From a virus (lineage: Duplodnaviria > Caudoviricetes): a DNA stretch of 50,950 bases. The DNA lies in IMG/VR virus record IMGVR_UViG_3300025864_000004, positions 1-50,950 of that record; one strand, given 5' to 3'. Every line of letters starts with the position of its first letter. Positions within the stretch are counted from its first letter, which is position 1. Below are positions 1-10,155 of the stretch, one piece after another. The notes beneath the pieces are model-generated. The model searched no databases. It saw only the letters and a program-made list of their open reading frames with translations, and was not told where the DNA came from. Position numbers and translations under genes: made by a program.

Positions 1-127
1 CAGCTTCTCTAGGCGCGGCATTTCGATACCGTCAAGAGTCCTCATGCGCTCATCGAAAAACATCCCGAACTCCTGCTTCTTCAGGTGCGTGGCCATATGC
101 CCAAGCGTCCCCAGAACTGTGTCGGAG
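1..127. repeat. Terminal direct repeat, copy 1 (circular assembly overlap)
   Basis: Bases 1-127 are identical to 50824-50950; 127 nt is a common assembler k-mer, and the overlap lies inside an open reading frame. Confidence 0.97.
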
Positions 128-3100
128 AACTTTTTCGGCAGGTAGGTGAGGGCGTTCATGGCGGGGTTGCGCTCGATAGAGTACTGCACGGGGCCGTAGA
201 TGTTCTGCACGGTGGCGCTCTTGAGGTCCTTGGGGTCGATCTTGCCGGTGCGCAGGTGGCGCTCCGTTACGTTGTGGCTCATCATGGCGTGGATTTTACG
301 GTTGTACTCATCCTGAATACTCTTTATCCACGGCTTGTTGTCCAATCCCTGGGAAAGGAGTAGCGGGTCGAAAGCGTCGGGGTTGCGGGTGGGGAGCAGG
401 CCGGTCAGCTTGCGCCCGTCCGCACCAATGCCGCCGATGTAACGCGGATCGTTGTGCATCATGCGCCCAAGTTCTGCGTCGGCCATAGCTGACGCCTTGG
501 CTTTGTGCAGAGCAATCTGGTCGCGCTCGCTGAGGATTGGGGATGGTGCTGGCTTGGTTTTGTCAAGACTGCTGAGCGGGACGGACTCTTTTGGTGATCC
601 GGCTTTGAGCCGAGCGATTTCGGCCTCTATCTCCGACATTCTATCCATCGACGCCTTGACTTCGGCGGCGGGAAGGGTGACCGCCGGTCGAGTGGACCTC
701 TTCCCAAGAATCGCCACAAGATCGTCGGGGGATAGCTCAAGTCCGAAAAACTCATCGTTCAACAGCTCGGCCATAACGTCGATGTCCACCGGCTGCGGCC
801 TCTCCTGCAATTCTCTGACCGAGACGTTCTTCGTTCTCCTGCTCTTGAGCGTCCCCCCGAAGATTCCCTGCTTCCCTGCCAGCGGCATGTCCTCTTCGAC
901 GTGCCCCGCTACGGACTTGATGTCTATGCCGCCCATTTCGTTTATCCGCGCGATCAGGTCCTTGCGCGACTGGCCTTTGGTCAGGTCGGCAGGGGTTCTG
1001 TAATCCTTCCAATCCTGGTGTGCCGATGCGTCTCTGGAAAGAGTGTCGTAGCGGGAAAGATATTCCTGCTGAAGGTCAGCTATTTGCTGGTCCACACCGA
1101 CGCCCGGTGCTACATCGCCCGCCTTCGGAGGAGTAAGGTCCGACTTGTTGAGCGCCACCACTCGCCCGGACTCGGGACCAATATCTCCTGCCGCCTTCCT
1201 TCCCGTTACCTCACCAAACGTTGACTCGTAGACCACCGGGCTGGACCCGTCTTTAACCGCCTTCCGACGAGCATACTCCATGGCCTCTTTATAATCGTTG
1301 GTCCAGTTTTTCCCAGCGGATACGGCCCCCCCGGGGGCCTCAGCCGAAGTCGTTCCATGGTAGAGTTTGCCTCCAGAACTATCGACCTTCGGCGGCTTCA
1401 CCGTGACGGGAATCTTCGTCCGCTCGGCATCCGCCACAAGATCGGCGTATGCTGCGTCTCGCACTTCAAGCCAGTCTTTGACCGGCATGGACGTTTCGGC
1501 ATTGAAGGTCTTCAGTGACTGATGTACGCCCAGGTTCCGCGTCGTTACATCAGCAGCATCGGGGCCGATCTCGCCCCAGTCGGTCGCCCTCCCAAAGTCA
1601 GTGATGTCAAGGATGTTTGCACTGGTTTGGGGGCTACGCAGAACTGCCTCGGCAGCGTCGGTAGACATCGTGCTCTCAAAGCCGGGTAGCTTCTTCAGGC
1701 CCTTGATACCACCGACGGGGTTGACGCCGTTCAACATTCCTCTGAGCATCTCATCGGAGCCGATGATGGTGAACATGGTGCCCATTCGCGAGAGCCACAT
1801 ACGCTTGAAGGCAGAGTTGATGTCGGTGAGGTGGAGCCGTTTCTGGAGGATGGCCCAATCTTGCATACCCTTCCCACCGGAGAAGATGGCCAGTTCGGTG
1901 GGAGTGTAGTCGGGTGAGAAGGTCTTGCCGAACTGTGCCTCCGTGGCGGCTGTCGGCATACCGACAACCTGCGGGTCCATGATGTTGAGTTCGTGGATGG
2001 CGGCGTCTATGGAGGTCTGGGCACTCACCCGCTTCGCACCAAGAGAAGCGGCAGTCTTGGCGTCGGCCCCTACGAGCCGCTTATCAATGTCCTCCATGAC
2101 CTTGGTGGCGGCTCGCACCTTAACCAACACTGGTTCGGTGAGTTCCACCGGAAGACCAAGCGAGCCTTCCTCAAGACGGCCAGCTATAGTATCAGAGGGG
2201 TGGAGAAGGTAGCCGACTCGCGTGTCACGATTCTCTACCCCCACTCCCTTTCCACGGAATCGGCGCAGGAAGGAGTTCAGTTCATCGAGCTTCGTAGCCG
2301 CCCCTTCCTTGGGGACATGGGCGTTCTTGAGTGATGCTCGGGCACCCCTCAAGGCGGTCCCCACATCGCTCATAAGGCCAGGTCCCTTCAGCATCACGCC
2401 CGGAGCGGTAACTGAAGCTCCCTTGAAGAACTCCGCTGACACAGGCTGACTCCTGAAGTGCTTCTCAATGAGAGCGTTGAAGCCGGTCTTCTTGTGCGTC
2501 AGATAGCTGCGCACAGCCATCTCAGGGAAGTCAGCAGCGTCGAGGCGGGCCTTTATCATGCCGTCCACAAAGTCGTGGGCAACCTTGGAGTCGAGGCCCG
2601 CATAGCGCAGGGTACCAAGGACCTGATGCTCGGTGTCCACAACGGTGTCGAACACGCCCTCCGGCAGCGGTGCCATGAACGCCCTGTACCACGGAGCTAA
2701 CTTTGTGTCGCCGGTCATCTTGACGCGCAGGTTCTGCGCGACAGAGCGTGCGGTGAAGTGCGTATCGGGGTCGAAATACTTGGCCCCGAACTTATCGGGA
2801 CCATTCAGTTTTAGCAGCATCTCGTCAACGTTGTTAATCCCAGCGAGTTCTTTAGCCGCTCCGGGAGTGACGTTGTAGAGTTCCATGATTCGGGATGGAC
2901 TTGTCGCCGCCGTTAGAATCTCAGCGTGACTATTCACACCGAACGCCTTGAGTGCGGCGAGTGCCGGTGTGCTTTTTAGTACCCCACCGACTATCGCAGC
3001 CGAACCCGCCTGAAGGGGGAAGGTGAGTCCCGTGTCAATCCCGAACTGACCCCAAGCGGCGACGTACTCGTGTTTGGCCGGGTCCACCCCTATGTCGGAG

Positions 3101-5136
3101 AGATATTGGTACCAGAGACCGCGACCCTCACTCATCTTCCATGCCTTCGCGGCAGTCTCCAACATACTAGCATAGCCGTTGATGTGGTCCACAGCGTCCT
3201 GGTTGGGAAAGGTCTTGCCTGTCGGGTCGAGAGTTCCCACTAACTCCCCAGTAGACGGGTCCTTCGTGACCATGGGCACCCCAGGTTTGCCCGGCTTATA
3301 ATTAGGGTCAATCTTCAGGAGACTATCGATTCGATATGCAGCCGCAGCACGATTTGCTTCGGCGATGGTCCAAGAAACCCCCGCATTCAACTTCGCGAAC
3401 TGCTCACTCACGCCACCCTTGGTGCCCTTGATTATGGGACCGACTACGGGAGCTGTCTCGGGGGCGTTCCACATCCAATCCGCAGCCTTGCCGACGCCCT
3501 TGGCGTCGTAGGACATCCCCTTGGTAACGAAGTCGCCCAGCTTGCCCGAGGTGGCGATAAGGTGCCACACGACCTCGGGAGGGGCCTTCAGTGGGGCAAA
3601 GAAACGTGAGATGGCGGTACTCTTGCTAAGGCCCTGAGCCCCCGCCTGTTCGGCCTGCGGGAGGTTGACCGTGCCCCACTTCTTCGCATACCAGAGCGCA
3701 AACCCCGATTCGCTCACGCCAACCGGACGGGCCATCATGGAAGACTTATAGACGAAGGTGAGGAACTGGTCGTCGCCTATGCCCCCCATGTCCTGCGCGA
3801 GCTTCCCGGGTTCAGTCCCACCACCCTGTACGTTGGTGCGCTCCAATATCGCGCTGGCCTCACCCTTCTCATGGGGGTCTTTAGAGAACATTGCTGCCGC
3901 AAGGTTGGAGCCGTAGACGAACTGGTTGACCACGGAGACGTAGGGTAGGGCGGAGCCGATGGTGGGAATCACTCCGCTCTTGATCGGGGCGTACCCCCTC
4001 TCGGCAAGCGCCTTCTCTACTTCCTTCTTCTGCGCTTCGTCACGGCTCATGAACCAATCAAGATCACGAGCGCCCTGATAGACAGCCTCTGGCTTCTTGC
4101 CGAGGTACTCGTCCGGGTTCCACGCCACGTCCCTCGATCTTTCCATGGCCCCAGCAAATTTCTCGGGGAGATGCTTTATTTGGTTCCAAACTCCACCCGT
4201 ACCGAAACTCCAGAAGCCGGGATGGTTGCCCGTATCCGGGGGTGGAGCCTTGGAGAGGTCAGCCTTCTTGAACATGAGGTCAGCCTGTTCGCCCGTGAGT
4301 GCGATTGGCTGGTCTGTGGGGGGCGGAACTTTCGACGGATACTTATGCGTCTCCTGCATAAACTTCATCCACGCATCTGCACCGGGGGTACCAACTCCTG
4401 CCTGTAGTACATAGGGGGATGTGACTGAGGGATCAAGGTCGGTCATGGAGAGTCCGGCAGACAGTAGGTCTACCATCTTCTGCGGGCCGGGGATCGTGCC
4501 GGTAGCCTGCCACTGGCCGAGTGCTATGTCTCTGACTGGAGTGTCTGCGGGGGGCACGGGTAGGTCGGAAGTCCGCGGGGTAGGCGGAGCGGTGGCGGGG
4601 GTGGCCTGGTCCAAGGCTGTGGGCAACGGAGGGGCGGAGAGGATGTCGCTGCCACCGTTCTGAGCGTAGGAGTCGAGTACGCCCTGATACTTCTTGGTCG
4701 GCTCGGCCACGTTCTGCTCGTGAAAAGCGTGGTAGTCGAGTCCACCGGCACCGATGTTGACCTTCGCGCCGCTGGCATTCGGGACTGTCATGCCACCATG
4801 CTTCTTCAGTCCGTCAATCCAAGTTCGGGCGGTGTCGATAGCCTTCGACATCTCTTTGGCTTCCGGCTTCTTAGTCGTCCACGACAGGCGTTGCATGTAC
4901 TGAACGTCTTTGATAGTGAGCGACTTGCCCGCTTGTGACTTTTTCGCGATAGCCTTGAAGGGGGCGATGCTATTGACATGACCAGATACGCGCGGAGCCG
5001 CGTGCGGAGCGGCGGGTCGTGCTGCGGGCTGCTTCTTTGGAGGTATTCTCGCCCAGCCGTCCAGAGGAACCGCAGGCTTCTTCTTTTTCTTTGGGGGTCG
5101 GTACGCCTGTGGACCATGCGGACCAATAATCGCCAT
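1..5136 (-). CDS. Giant internal-virion/polyvalent protein, N-terminal part (continues across the junction to 48583; ~2,458 aa total)
   Basis: ATG at 5136 follows the TGA of 5138..5515 (MAIIGPHGPQAYRPPKKKKKP...). Segments translated by hand are stop-free, and the frame matches ORF 48583..50919 through the 127-nt overlap. Contains an LYHGT...WTND...A..YA ART-like motif. Confidence 0.88.
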   Translation of the reverse strand, partial: MAIIGPHGPQAYRPPKKKKKPAVPLDGWARIPPKKQPAARPAAPHAAPRVSGHVNSIAPFKAIAKKSQAGKSLTIKDVQYMQRLSWTTKKPEAKEMSKAIDTARTWIDGLKKHGGMTVPNASGAKVNIGAGGLDYHAFHEQNVAEPTKKYQGVLDSYAQNGGSDILSAPPLPTALDQATPATAPPTPRTSDLPVPPADTPVRDIALGQWQATGTIPGPQKMVDLLSAGLSMTDLDPSVTSPYVLQAGVGTPGADAWMKFMQETHKYPSKVPPPTDQPIALTGEQADLMFKKADLSKAPPPDTGNHPGFWSFGTGGVWNQIKHLPEKFAGAMERSRDVAWNPDEYLGKKPEAVYQGARDLDWFMSRDEAQKKEVEKALAERGYAPIKSGVIPTIGSALPYVSVVNQFVYGSNLAAAMFSKDPHEKGEASAILERTNVQGGGTEPGKLAQDMGGIGDDQFLTFVYKSSMMARPVGVSESGFALWYAKKWGTVNLPQAEQAGAQGLSKSTAISRFFAPLKAPPEVVWHLIATSGKLGDFVTKGMSYDAKGVGKAADWMWNAPETAPVVGPIIKGTKGGVSEQFAKLNAGVSWTIAEANRAAAAYRIDSLLKIDPNYKPGKPGVPMVTKDPSTGELVGTLDPTGKTFPNQDAVDHINGYASMLETAAKAWKMSEGRGLWYQYLSDIGVDPAKHEYVAAWGQFGIDTGLTFPLQAGSAAIVGGVLKSTPALAALKAFGVNSHAEILTAATSPSRIMELYNVTPGAAKELAGINNVDEMLLKLNGPDKFGAKYFDPDTHFTARSVAQNLRVKMTGDTKLAPWYRAFMAPLPEGVFDTVVDTEHQVLGTLRYAGLDSKVAHDFVDGMIKARLDAADFPEMAVRSYLTHKKTGFNALIEKHFRSQPVSAEFFKGASVTAPGVMLKGPGLMSDVGTALRGARASLKNAHVPKEGAATKLDELNSFLRRFRGKGVGVENRDTRVGYLLHPSDTIAGRLEEGSLGLPVELTEPVLVKVRAATKVMEDIDKRLVGADAKTAASLGAKRVSAQTSIDAAIHELNIMDPQVVGMPTAATEAQFGKTFSPDYTPTELAIFSGGKGMQDWAILQKRLHLTDINSAFKRMWLSRMGTMFTIIGSDEMLRGMLNGVNPVGGIKGLKKLPGFESTMSTDAAEAVLRSPQTSANILDITDFGRATDWGEIGPDAADVTTRNLGVHQSLKTFNAETSMPVKDWLEVRDAAYADLVADAERTKIPVTVKPPKVDSSGGKLYHGTTSAEAPGGAVSAGKNWTNDYKEAMEYARRKAVKDGSSPVVYESTFGEVTGRKAAGDIGPESGRVVALNKSDLTPPKAGDVAPGVGVDQQIADLQQEYLSRYDTLSRDASAHQDWKDYRTPADLTKGQSRKDLIARINEMGGIDIKSVAGHVEEDMPLAGKQGIFGGTLKSRRTKNVSVRELQERPQPVDIDVMAELLNDEFFGLELSPDDLVAILGKRSTRPAVTLPAAEVKASMDRMSEIEAEIARLKAGSPKESVPLSSLDKTKPAPSPILSERDQIALHKAKASAMADAELGRMMHNDPRYIGGIGADGRKLTGLLPTRNPDAFDPLLLSQGLDNKPWIKSIQDEYNRKIHAMMSHNVTERHLRTGKIDPKDLKSATVQNIYGPVQYSIERNPAMNALTYLPKKFSDTVLGTLGHMATHLKKQEFGMFFDERMRTLDGIEMPRLEKL

Positions 5137-5137
5137 G

Positions 5138-5515
5138 TCAGCCCTGCATCTTGAAGAACGGTGTGTCCGCCTTTACCTTGACGGCAATAGCCTGATACCT
5201 TTGTGCGGCAACGCTGGCGTAGTATTTGAGCCACGGCCCTGCGTCGGGAGCAGCAGCCTTCTGGGAGAGAACTTGAGCCGTCTTCATGGCCCGTGCCATC
5301 TCGCTCATAATGTTCTGGTGTTCCAGTGGGACGCCGGGGGTGGGGACGGGTGATCCGGACGGGGCCGTCCCACCCCCTCGCTGCCCCTCAAGGGGCTTCG
5401 GATTCCCCGTCATCGGAGTTGTAGTGGTGGCCTTCTTTAGGCGGTCGATAGTCGATACGTCGCCGTATTGTTTCGTTTGATTCACGCTAATTGGCGAGGA
5501 ACCTACTCCAGCCAT
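5138..5515 (-). CDS. Small virion/ejection-module protein, hypothetical
   Basis: 125 aa, coupled (TAATG) to the upstream gene, between portal and giant protein. Confidence 0.7.
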   Translation of the reverse strand: MAGVGSSPISVNQTKQYGDVSTIDRLKKATTTTPMTGNPKPLEGQRGGGTAPSGSPVPTPGVPLEHQNIMSEMARAMKTAQVLSQKAAAPDAGPWLKYYASVAAQRYQAIAVKVKADTPFFKMQG

Positions 5516-5748
5516 TATGCCTGCTTTGTCCCGTGAGGATCGCTATACCACGGCATCCTGACGGTTCTACGCTTCCTACCCGCATTAGGAATCCCCCTCT
5601 GAGGGGGGGGTGGGTCTTCCTTGGACTGCTTGTAGGTCTTTGGGACCGTATCGTAATCCCTCAATTTGGGTTTAGCCGGTGGCTTGTTGGGGCCGGGCAT
5701 ACCCGGCGGCGTGTAGTGAAGTTTGCTACCTTTTATTTTGGCCATCAC
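5515..5748 (-). CDS. Small basic Pro/Lys-rich protein, hypothetical
   Basis: 77 aa, overlaps the portal stop, GGAGG upstream. Confidence 0.65.
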   Translation of the reverse strand: MMAKIKGSKLHYTPPGMPGPNKPPAKPKLRDYDTVPKTYKQSKEDPPPPQRGIPNAGRKRRTVRMPWYSDPHGTKQA

Positions 5749-7988
5749 TGACCACCTCCTACCAGTGCAGCGAGTTCAGGCGGAAGTCCGCCGGGAGATG
5801 GACCAGCAGGTGGTGCCCCTCCTTCGGGGGGCGTTTGTGGGGGTCCGTTAGCAGTGGAGCCTGTTTGTTCTCCGCCCGCCACCTGCGTCGTCTGTTCGTC
5901 AGGACTAGGAGCGCCCTGCTTGAATTGGAGGTGCCCATAGACCTCGGGTACCTTCTCGGCAGCCCGCGTGATGGTGCCCTGGTCCTGCGGGTCTGTTATC
6001 CAGACCGTTACGGTCCAGTTGTCGGATGCGAACTTCTCGGGAGCTATGAACGGATCGCCGCCGAACCAGACGCTACCCTTCAGCTTGGGGATGCCCCGGA
6101 AGAACTCTTCGAGGATGCTGATGAGTTGATTGGTCGGGTCGGTGCTACCGTTCGCGCCCGCCGTGGCCGGAGGAGCTGCGCCCTCGGGGCTTGGGGGCGC
6201 TCCGGTCTCGCCCATGAAGCCGCGCTCCAGACCGTAGTTGGTCTGTTGCTGGTCGGCCAGCGGACTGTTGGCAGTCATCCCACTATTAGCGACCTGTTGA
6301 CTCATGGCGAGACCCTCAGCCTTCCACTTGCGGTCACGGTCGATAGCGGCACGGGTGCGCTTCTTGTTGGTGATCTGTGGGAGATCGTCGGCAACGGAGT
6401 CCCAGTCGATGAGTTCGTTCTGGTAGAGCTGCATCAGTTCCACGGCGTTGCCCTGCCGGTCCATGTAGCTCTGAGCAGCAAGGTAAACTTCAATCTCAGT
6501 CCACATCTGGCCGTTGACAACGAAGTCGGCGGGAGTGGCCTCGATGTAGTATGTGACCTTGTTCTTTGAGCCCGAGAGCTTCAGCGTGCCGCTGGCACCG
6601 GGGAAGTCCTTCCACATCATCAGCATGTACTTGATAACCTGCTTCCACGCACTCATCACAATGTCGAGGCGAGTCTGCATCCGTGCGGCGATGGGACCGA
6701 GCTGGGCGTTGAAACCCTTGCCCGTGATGATGGAGCCGCCACCCTCAGAGCGCAGGACTGCGGGGTTGTCGGCAATCAGGTCGAACCACGACTGGAGAGT
6801 GCTACCGAGCTGCCAGAAGGCGTTGGGCAGTGCTATGGGGCCGAGCACCTCAGCAGCGCCGTTGGGTCCCATCGTGGCCACGCCGCCCTTTCCGATAGCA
6901 AGGTCCGGGGGCACGTTGAGCGGGTCCTTGATAACGATGGTCGGCTTGACCATCGCGGAGGCCATCTCGTCAGTCAGACTCATATGGTAGTTGATTTGCT
7001 TGGCGACGGGAATGGCGTCCTTCATCTCATTACCGCCAAAGATCATGCCGGGGAGGCCGAGAGCACCGACGCAGACGATGGGCACGATTCCCATGAGATT
7101 CTTGACCGGGTTATGCGCCCACTCCTTACCGTCAAGGACGGTGTAGAAGTTCTCCTCGTCGATCATCTGGATTACCTCTACGTCGTTCCTGCCAATGTAC
7201 TTCTTGTTGCCCCAACGTGCCTCGATGTCGTTGCCGTTCATAACCTCCATCCACAGGGCTTTGGTCAGTTCCAGTCCGTCCACGTCGTAGGACACTGGAT
7301 AGAAGTCTTGAGGAGTCCTCGTGAAGATGCGCGGGCACTCGTGCCGGAAGTCGGGCCACACACCGATAACAGCTCCGTCCATAGCGCACATGGACCACGC
7401 GATGTCACGGCAACGCTTGGGCATGTTGCTGAAGGCGAGGAGTGAGGAAATGGCCTGTTCCAGCCGGTCGGCAAAGTCGATACCCCAGTCCTGCCCGGTG
7501 TCACCCGTGGAGGCAGCAATGCCGGGAGGAAGTGGTCCGGGGGGCGCTGGGCCGATTGGGCCAGCAGGCATAGCCTCTGGACCTGGAGCCGGTGGGCTCG
7601 CACCCAGGCCCCCCGGAAGTGCTGTCAGGCTCGGAGGACCTGACGTTGCTCCAATGGCGCTGGGGGAAGCACCCGGAGCCAGTTGCGGCGGCGGCTCGAT
7701 AACTCGTACCGTGGGAGGCAGTGCGAGGAACGCCACCTTATTCTCGATAGCAGGCTTAATGAGGTTGATCGGAGTGGTGAGCTGAGTATCCTCTTCCCCC
7801 TCTTTGGGAGTGAAGACCGAAGAGAGAGCCTTCTGGATACCGCTCATGAAACCCTGCTTCTTCGTCTCATTGAGGGTGGAACCGGCATAGAACTTGAGCA
7901 CCTCGTCGTAAGATGAGTTACGAGCTGCATCGCGCTCCTTGAGCTGCCCATACAAGTCTGTAACCATCTTAATGCCACTAGTCGCCAT
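5745..7988 (-). CDS. Portal protein
   Basis: 747 aa directly after TerL; PINLIKPAIENKVAFL N-terminal motif, NLMGIVPIV, helical C-terminal half; Pro/Gly-rich insertion and tail. Confidence 0.85.
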   Translation of the reverse strand: MATSGIKMVTDLYGQLKERDAARNSSYDEVLKFYAGSTLNETKKQGFMSGIQKALSSVFTPKEGEEDTQLTTPINLIKPAIENKVAFLALPPTVRVIEPPPQLAPGASPSAIGATSGPPSLTALPGGLGASPPAPGPEAMPAGPIGPAPPGPLPPGIAASTGDTGQDWGIDFADRLEQAISSLLAFSNMPKRCRDIAWSMCAMDGAVIGVWPDFRHECPRIFTRTPQDFYPVSYDVDGLELTKALWMEVMNGNDIEARWGNKKYIGRNDVEVIQMIDEENFYTVLDGKEWAHNPVKNLMGIVPIVCVGALGLPGMIFGGNEMKDAIPVAKQINYHMSLTDEMASAMVKPTIVIKDPLNVPPDLAIGKGGVATMGPNGAAEVLGPIALPNAFWQLGSTLQSWFDLIADNPAVLRSEGGGSIITGKGFNAQLGPIAARMQTRLDIVMSAWKQVIKYMLMMWKDFPGASGTLKLSGSKNKVTYYIEATPADFVVNGQMWTEIEVYLAAQSYMDRQGNAVELMQLYQNELIDWDSVADDLPQITNKKRTRAAIDRDRKWKAEGLAMSQQVANSGMTANSPLADQQQTNYGLERGFMGETGAPPSPEGAAPPATAGANGSTDPTNQLISILEEFFRGIPKLKGSVWFGGDPFIAPEKFASDNWTVTVWITDPQDQGTITRAAEKVPEVYGHLQFKQGAPSPDEQTTQVAGGEQTGSTANGPPQTPPEGGAPPAGPSPGGLPPELAALVGGGQ

Positions 7989-8040
7989 GCGGGACCCCCT
8001 GCTTCAATAAGAACCTCCAAGAATGTTTACTTTCTCATCT

Positions 8041-8050
8041 ATTATACCAC
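8041..8050 (-). promoter_or_regulatory. Extended -10 promoter (GTGGTATAAT) upstream of portal
   Basis: TGnTATAAT in intergenic space; the same 10-mer recurs at 10824, 38279 and 48569. Confidence 0.65.
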
Positions 8051-8068
8051 AGGTCTGAATAACGTAGG

Positions 8069-9835
8069 TTAGTCGAACGCAGGGTTGTGGATCATTGTCC
8101 CACTACCCCCCTTGGTAAACCATGACTTGAAGTCCTTGCTAGCGTCGCGGATGGGAACCTGCGCCAACCATAGGCTCATCACAAGGTCGCAGGTACCCTT
8201 TGGATACATGAGCATCTCACCGATGAAAGTCTCTGCTTTTGCCTCGTCTGCCGGTGTAGCGTAGGGGATTCTAAAGCGTCCGTTCTGTAGCATCTCTCCC
8301 ATGGCGAATACCCCAGACTCCGGGTCTGTCTTGTTGTTTCCCGTATATGATGGCCGTATAAGGTTCTTGTCTACATATGGCTTCATCCTATCGTTGTCGA
8401 TAATCCACTTTCCGAAAGCATTCTTCTCTACGGTAGCCGTTGCGTAGTGGTATTTCGCATAGAATCCGGGGATGCCGTACATGGGATTACCTTCAAGGAG
8501 ATGGTCCAGCATTCTGTCAAAGTTATCCTGCAACTTGAGGTAGTCAATGAGGTAGATTCTACGTTCTGGGTCGGTCTTGTCATGTCCCAGCACCACATAT
8601 GCCGCATAGGCACTCCATCTAGACTTAGAACCGCTTGCAGGGTCGAATCCAAGGAGTATCTCCCATCTTGAGTCGGTTTCTCCAAAAGAGCGGTCTGTAT
8701 CGAGACAGCCGGGATGACTGATGGTCTGCCCGTTGACCTCTTCGTCGTGCCCGCGAATCCAAGCCTCACGGAAAGCCATCTCTTCCTCATTGAACGAAAT
8801 GTTCCGAAGGCGTTTATTGTACGCGATGGTCCCAAGAGATAGGCGCAGCGAGTCCAGAGCCGCCGGTTTCAGCATCTTGTCGGATAGCGAGATAGAGCAC
8901 TTCTTGTCTTTCCAGCAGTCGAACTTGATACAGGTGAACGTGGGGTCGCGCATAACCATCGCGTAGAAGGCTTCGGGGTGAAAGATCGTCCCAACGATTC
9001 CCGTGCCCCAGTACCGAGCCGTATTTGACCAAGTGAGTCTCTGGGGCACCTTAACCTGATCGTTCTTATCGCGCTCCCAAAGTGGCCGGGCAGAGGTGAG
9101 TGGACCGATGCGCACCCACTCCAGGAACTTGCCCCGCATATCTGGGGTCCGGGCGGTATCGGGGGTCTCAACGTCGTCGATGTAGACCTGATCGGATCGC
9201 TTGCCAAGTTCAGCGTGGGAGTTGGTACCGTAAAACTCGAAGTTCTCCCGAACATCGCGCCACTGGCGCTGCTGGACGGAGAATGCGTTGTTACTCCACG
9301 GAACCGCCTTATCCACTGGCATGAACTCCCCAAAATCCTTGACTAGACGTGGATTGGTGAGTTCCCTGCGGATGCTGGTTGAGAAGCTGAAAGCCTCAGT
9401 TTCGTTCTTTCCGATAAACTGTAGGCGAGCGTTCGGGTTATCACAGATTGACATGACGGGGATGGCTCGCGTGGATACCACGGTCGTCTTCCCAAACCCC
9501 GCTGGCCAGAGTATAAGCGCATTAGGTTTCCCCATCTCTCCGGGTTTGTCGAAGTAGTAGGGTGAGAAGCCGGGTTTACCGGCGTGCTGTATCCATCCGT
9601 TCTCGAAGAGCCACTCCATCTTTGCCTCATGGATGAACCGATATGCCTCTTCCTCGGTACGGAAGCGCCCTCGCAACACCTTCATAGAAAACACTTGGTA
9701 GGGGTCTAGCTCCAGATCGAGGTATTGGCGGGCGAACAGCTCCTCTGCGTTGTCCGAGTCGAGAAGCATGTACTTGTAGAGCTTCTCGTCGTCAATATTT
9801 CTCAGGGCAACGTCGGGGTCCTTGCTCGTGGGCAA
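8069..9835 (-). CDS. terL: Terminase large subunit
   Basis: Walker A WPAGFGKTT, Walker B VYIDDVE, GTIFH coupling motif, nuclease GFDPA and C-terminal CDLVMSLW. Confidence 0.93.
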   Translation of the reverse strand: MPTSKDPDVALRNIDDEKLYKYMLLDSDNAEELFARQYLDLELDPYQVFSMKVLRGRFRTEEEAYRFIHEAKMEWLFENGWIQHAGKPGFSPYYFDKPGEMGKPNALILWPAGFGKTTVVSTRAIPVMSICDNPNARLQFIGKNETEAFSFSTSIRRELTNPRLVKDFGEFMPVDKAVPWSNNAFSVQQRQWRDVRENFEFYGTNSHAELGKRSDQVYIDDVETPDTARTPDMRGKFLEWVRIGPLTSARPLWERDKNDQVKVPQRLTWSNTARYWGTGIVGTIFHPEAFYAMVMRDPTFTCIKFDCWKDKKCSISLSDKMLKPAALDSLRLSLGTIAYNKRLRNISFNEEEMAFREAWIRGHDEEVNGQTISHPGCLDTDRSFGETDSRWEILLGFDPASGSKSRWSAYAAYVVLGHDKTDPERRIYLIDYLKLQDNFDRMLDHLLEGNPMYGIPGFYAKYHYATATVEKNAFGKWIIDNDRMKPYVDKNLIRPSYTGNNKTDPESGVFAMGEMLQNGRFRIPYATPADEAKAETFIGEMLMYPKGTCDLVMSLWLAQVPIRDASKDFKSWFTKGGSGTMIHNPAFD

Positions 9836-9843
9836 CTTGGTCG

Positions 9844-10011
9844 CTATTTCGACTCCCAGAACGAACAGTAGTCATCATCGGACACGAATACATCGAATAT
9901 TGAGCAAATCGTGTCCTCAATACTCACGAGTTGCCCCTCGAAGTCCTCGATACGGACCATCTCTCGGTCTTGGAATTTGCAGTCCCTACATAATCCCTTC
10001 AATTCCCTCAC
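9844..10011 (-). CDS. Small Cys-rich protein (55 aa, below ORF-track cut-off)
   Basis: Hand translation MRELKGLCRDCKF...ICSIF...DDYCSFWESK. Confidence 0.6.
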   Translation of the reverse strand: MRELKGLCRDCKFQDREMVRIEDFEGQLVSIEDTICSIFDVFVSDDDYCSFWESK

Positions 10012-10155
10012 TTCTGCTCACGTTCTAGGAGGTGATTGTGGACTATAGCCACTAGCCAAAGAGCACGCTCAATCTGAGAACTATCCTCTGCCCCGATGTC
10101 CAGTGTCGGATCGTCCAGAATCCTGTTCAGTGCCCAGACGATCTCTTGAGTGTCG

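Noticed and set aside
1-127. Biological terminal repeat
   Set aside because: Length equals a common assembler k-mer and it falls mid-gene; more likely a circularisation overlap
85-9630. Many plus-strand ORFs (e.g. 5679..6569)
   Set aside because: Antisense shadows of long high-GC minus-strand genes, lacking RBS or motifs
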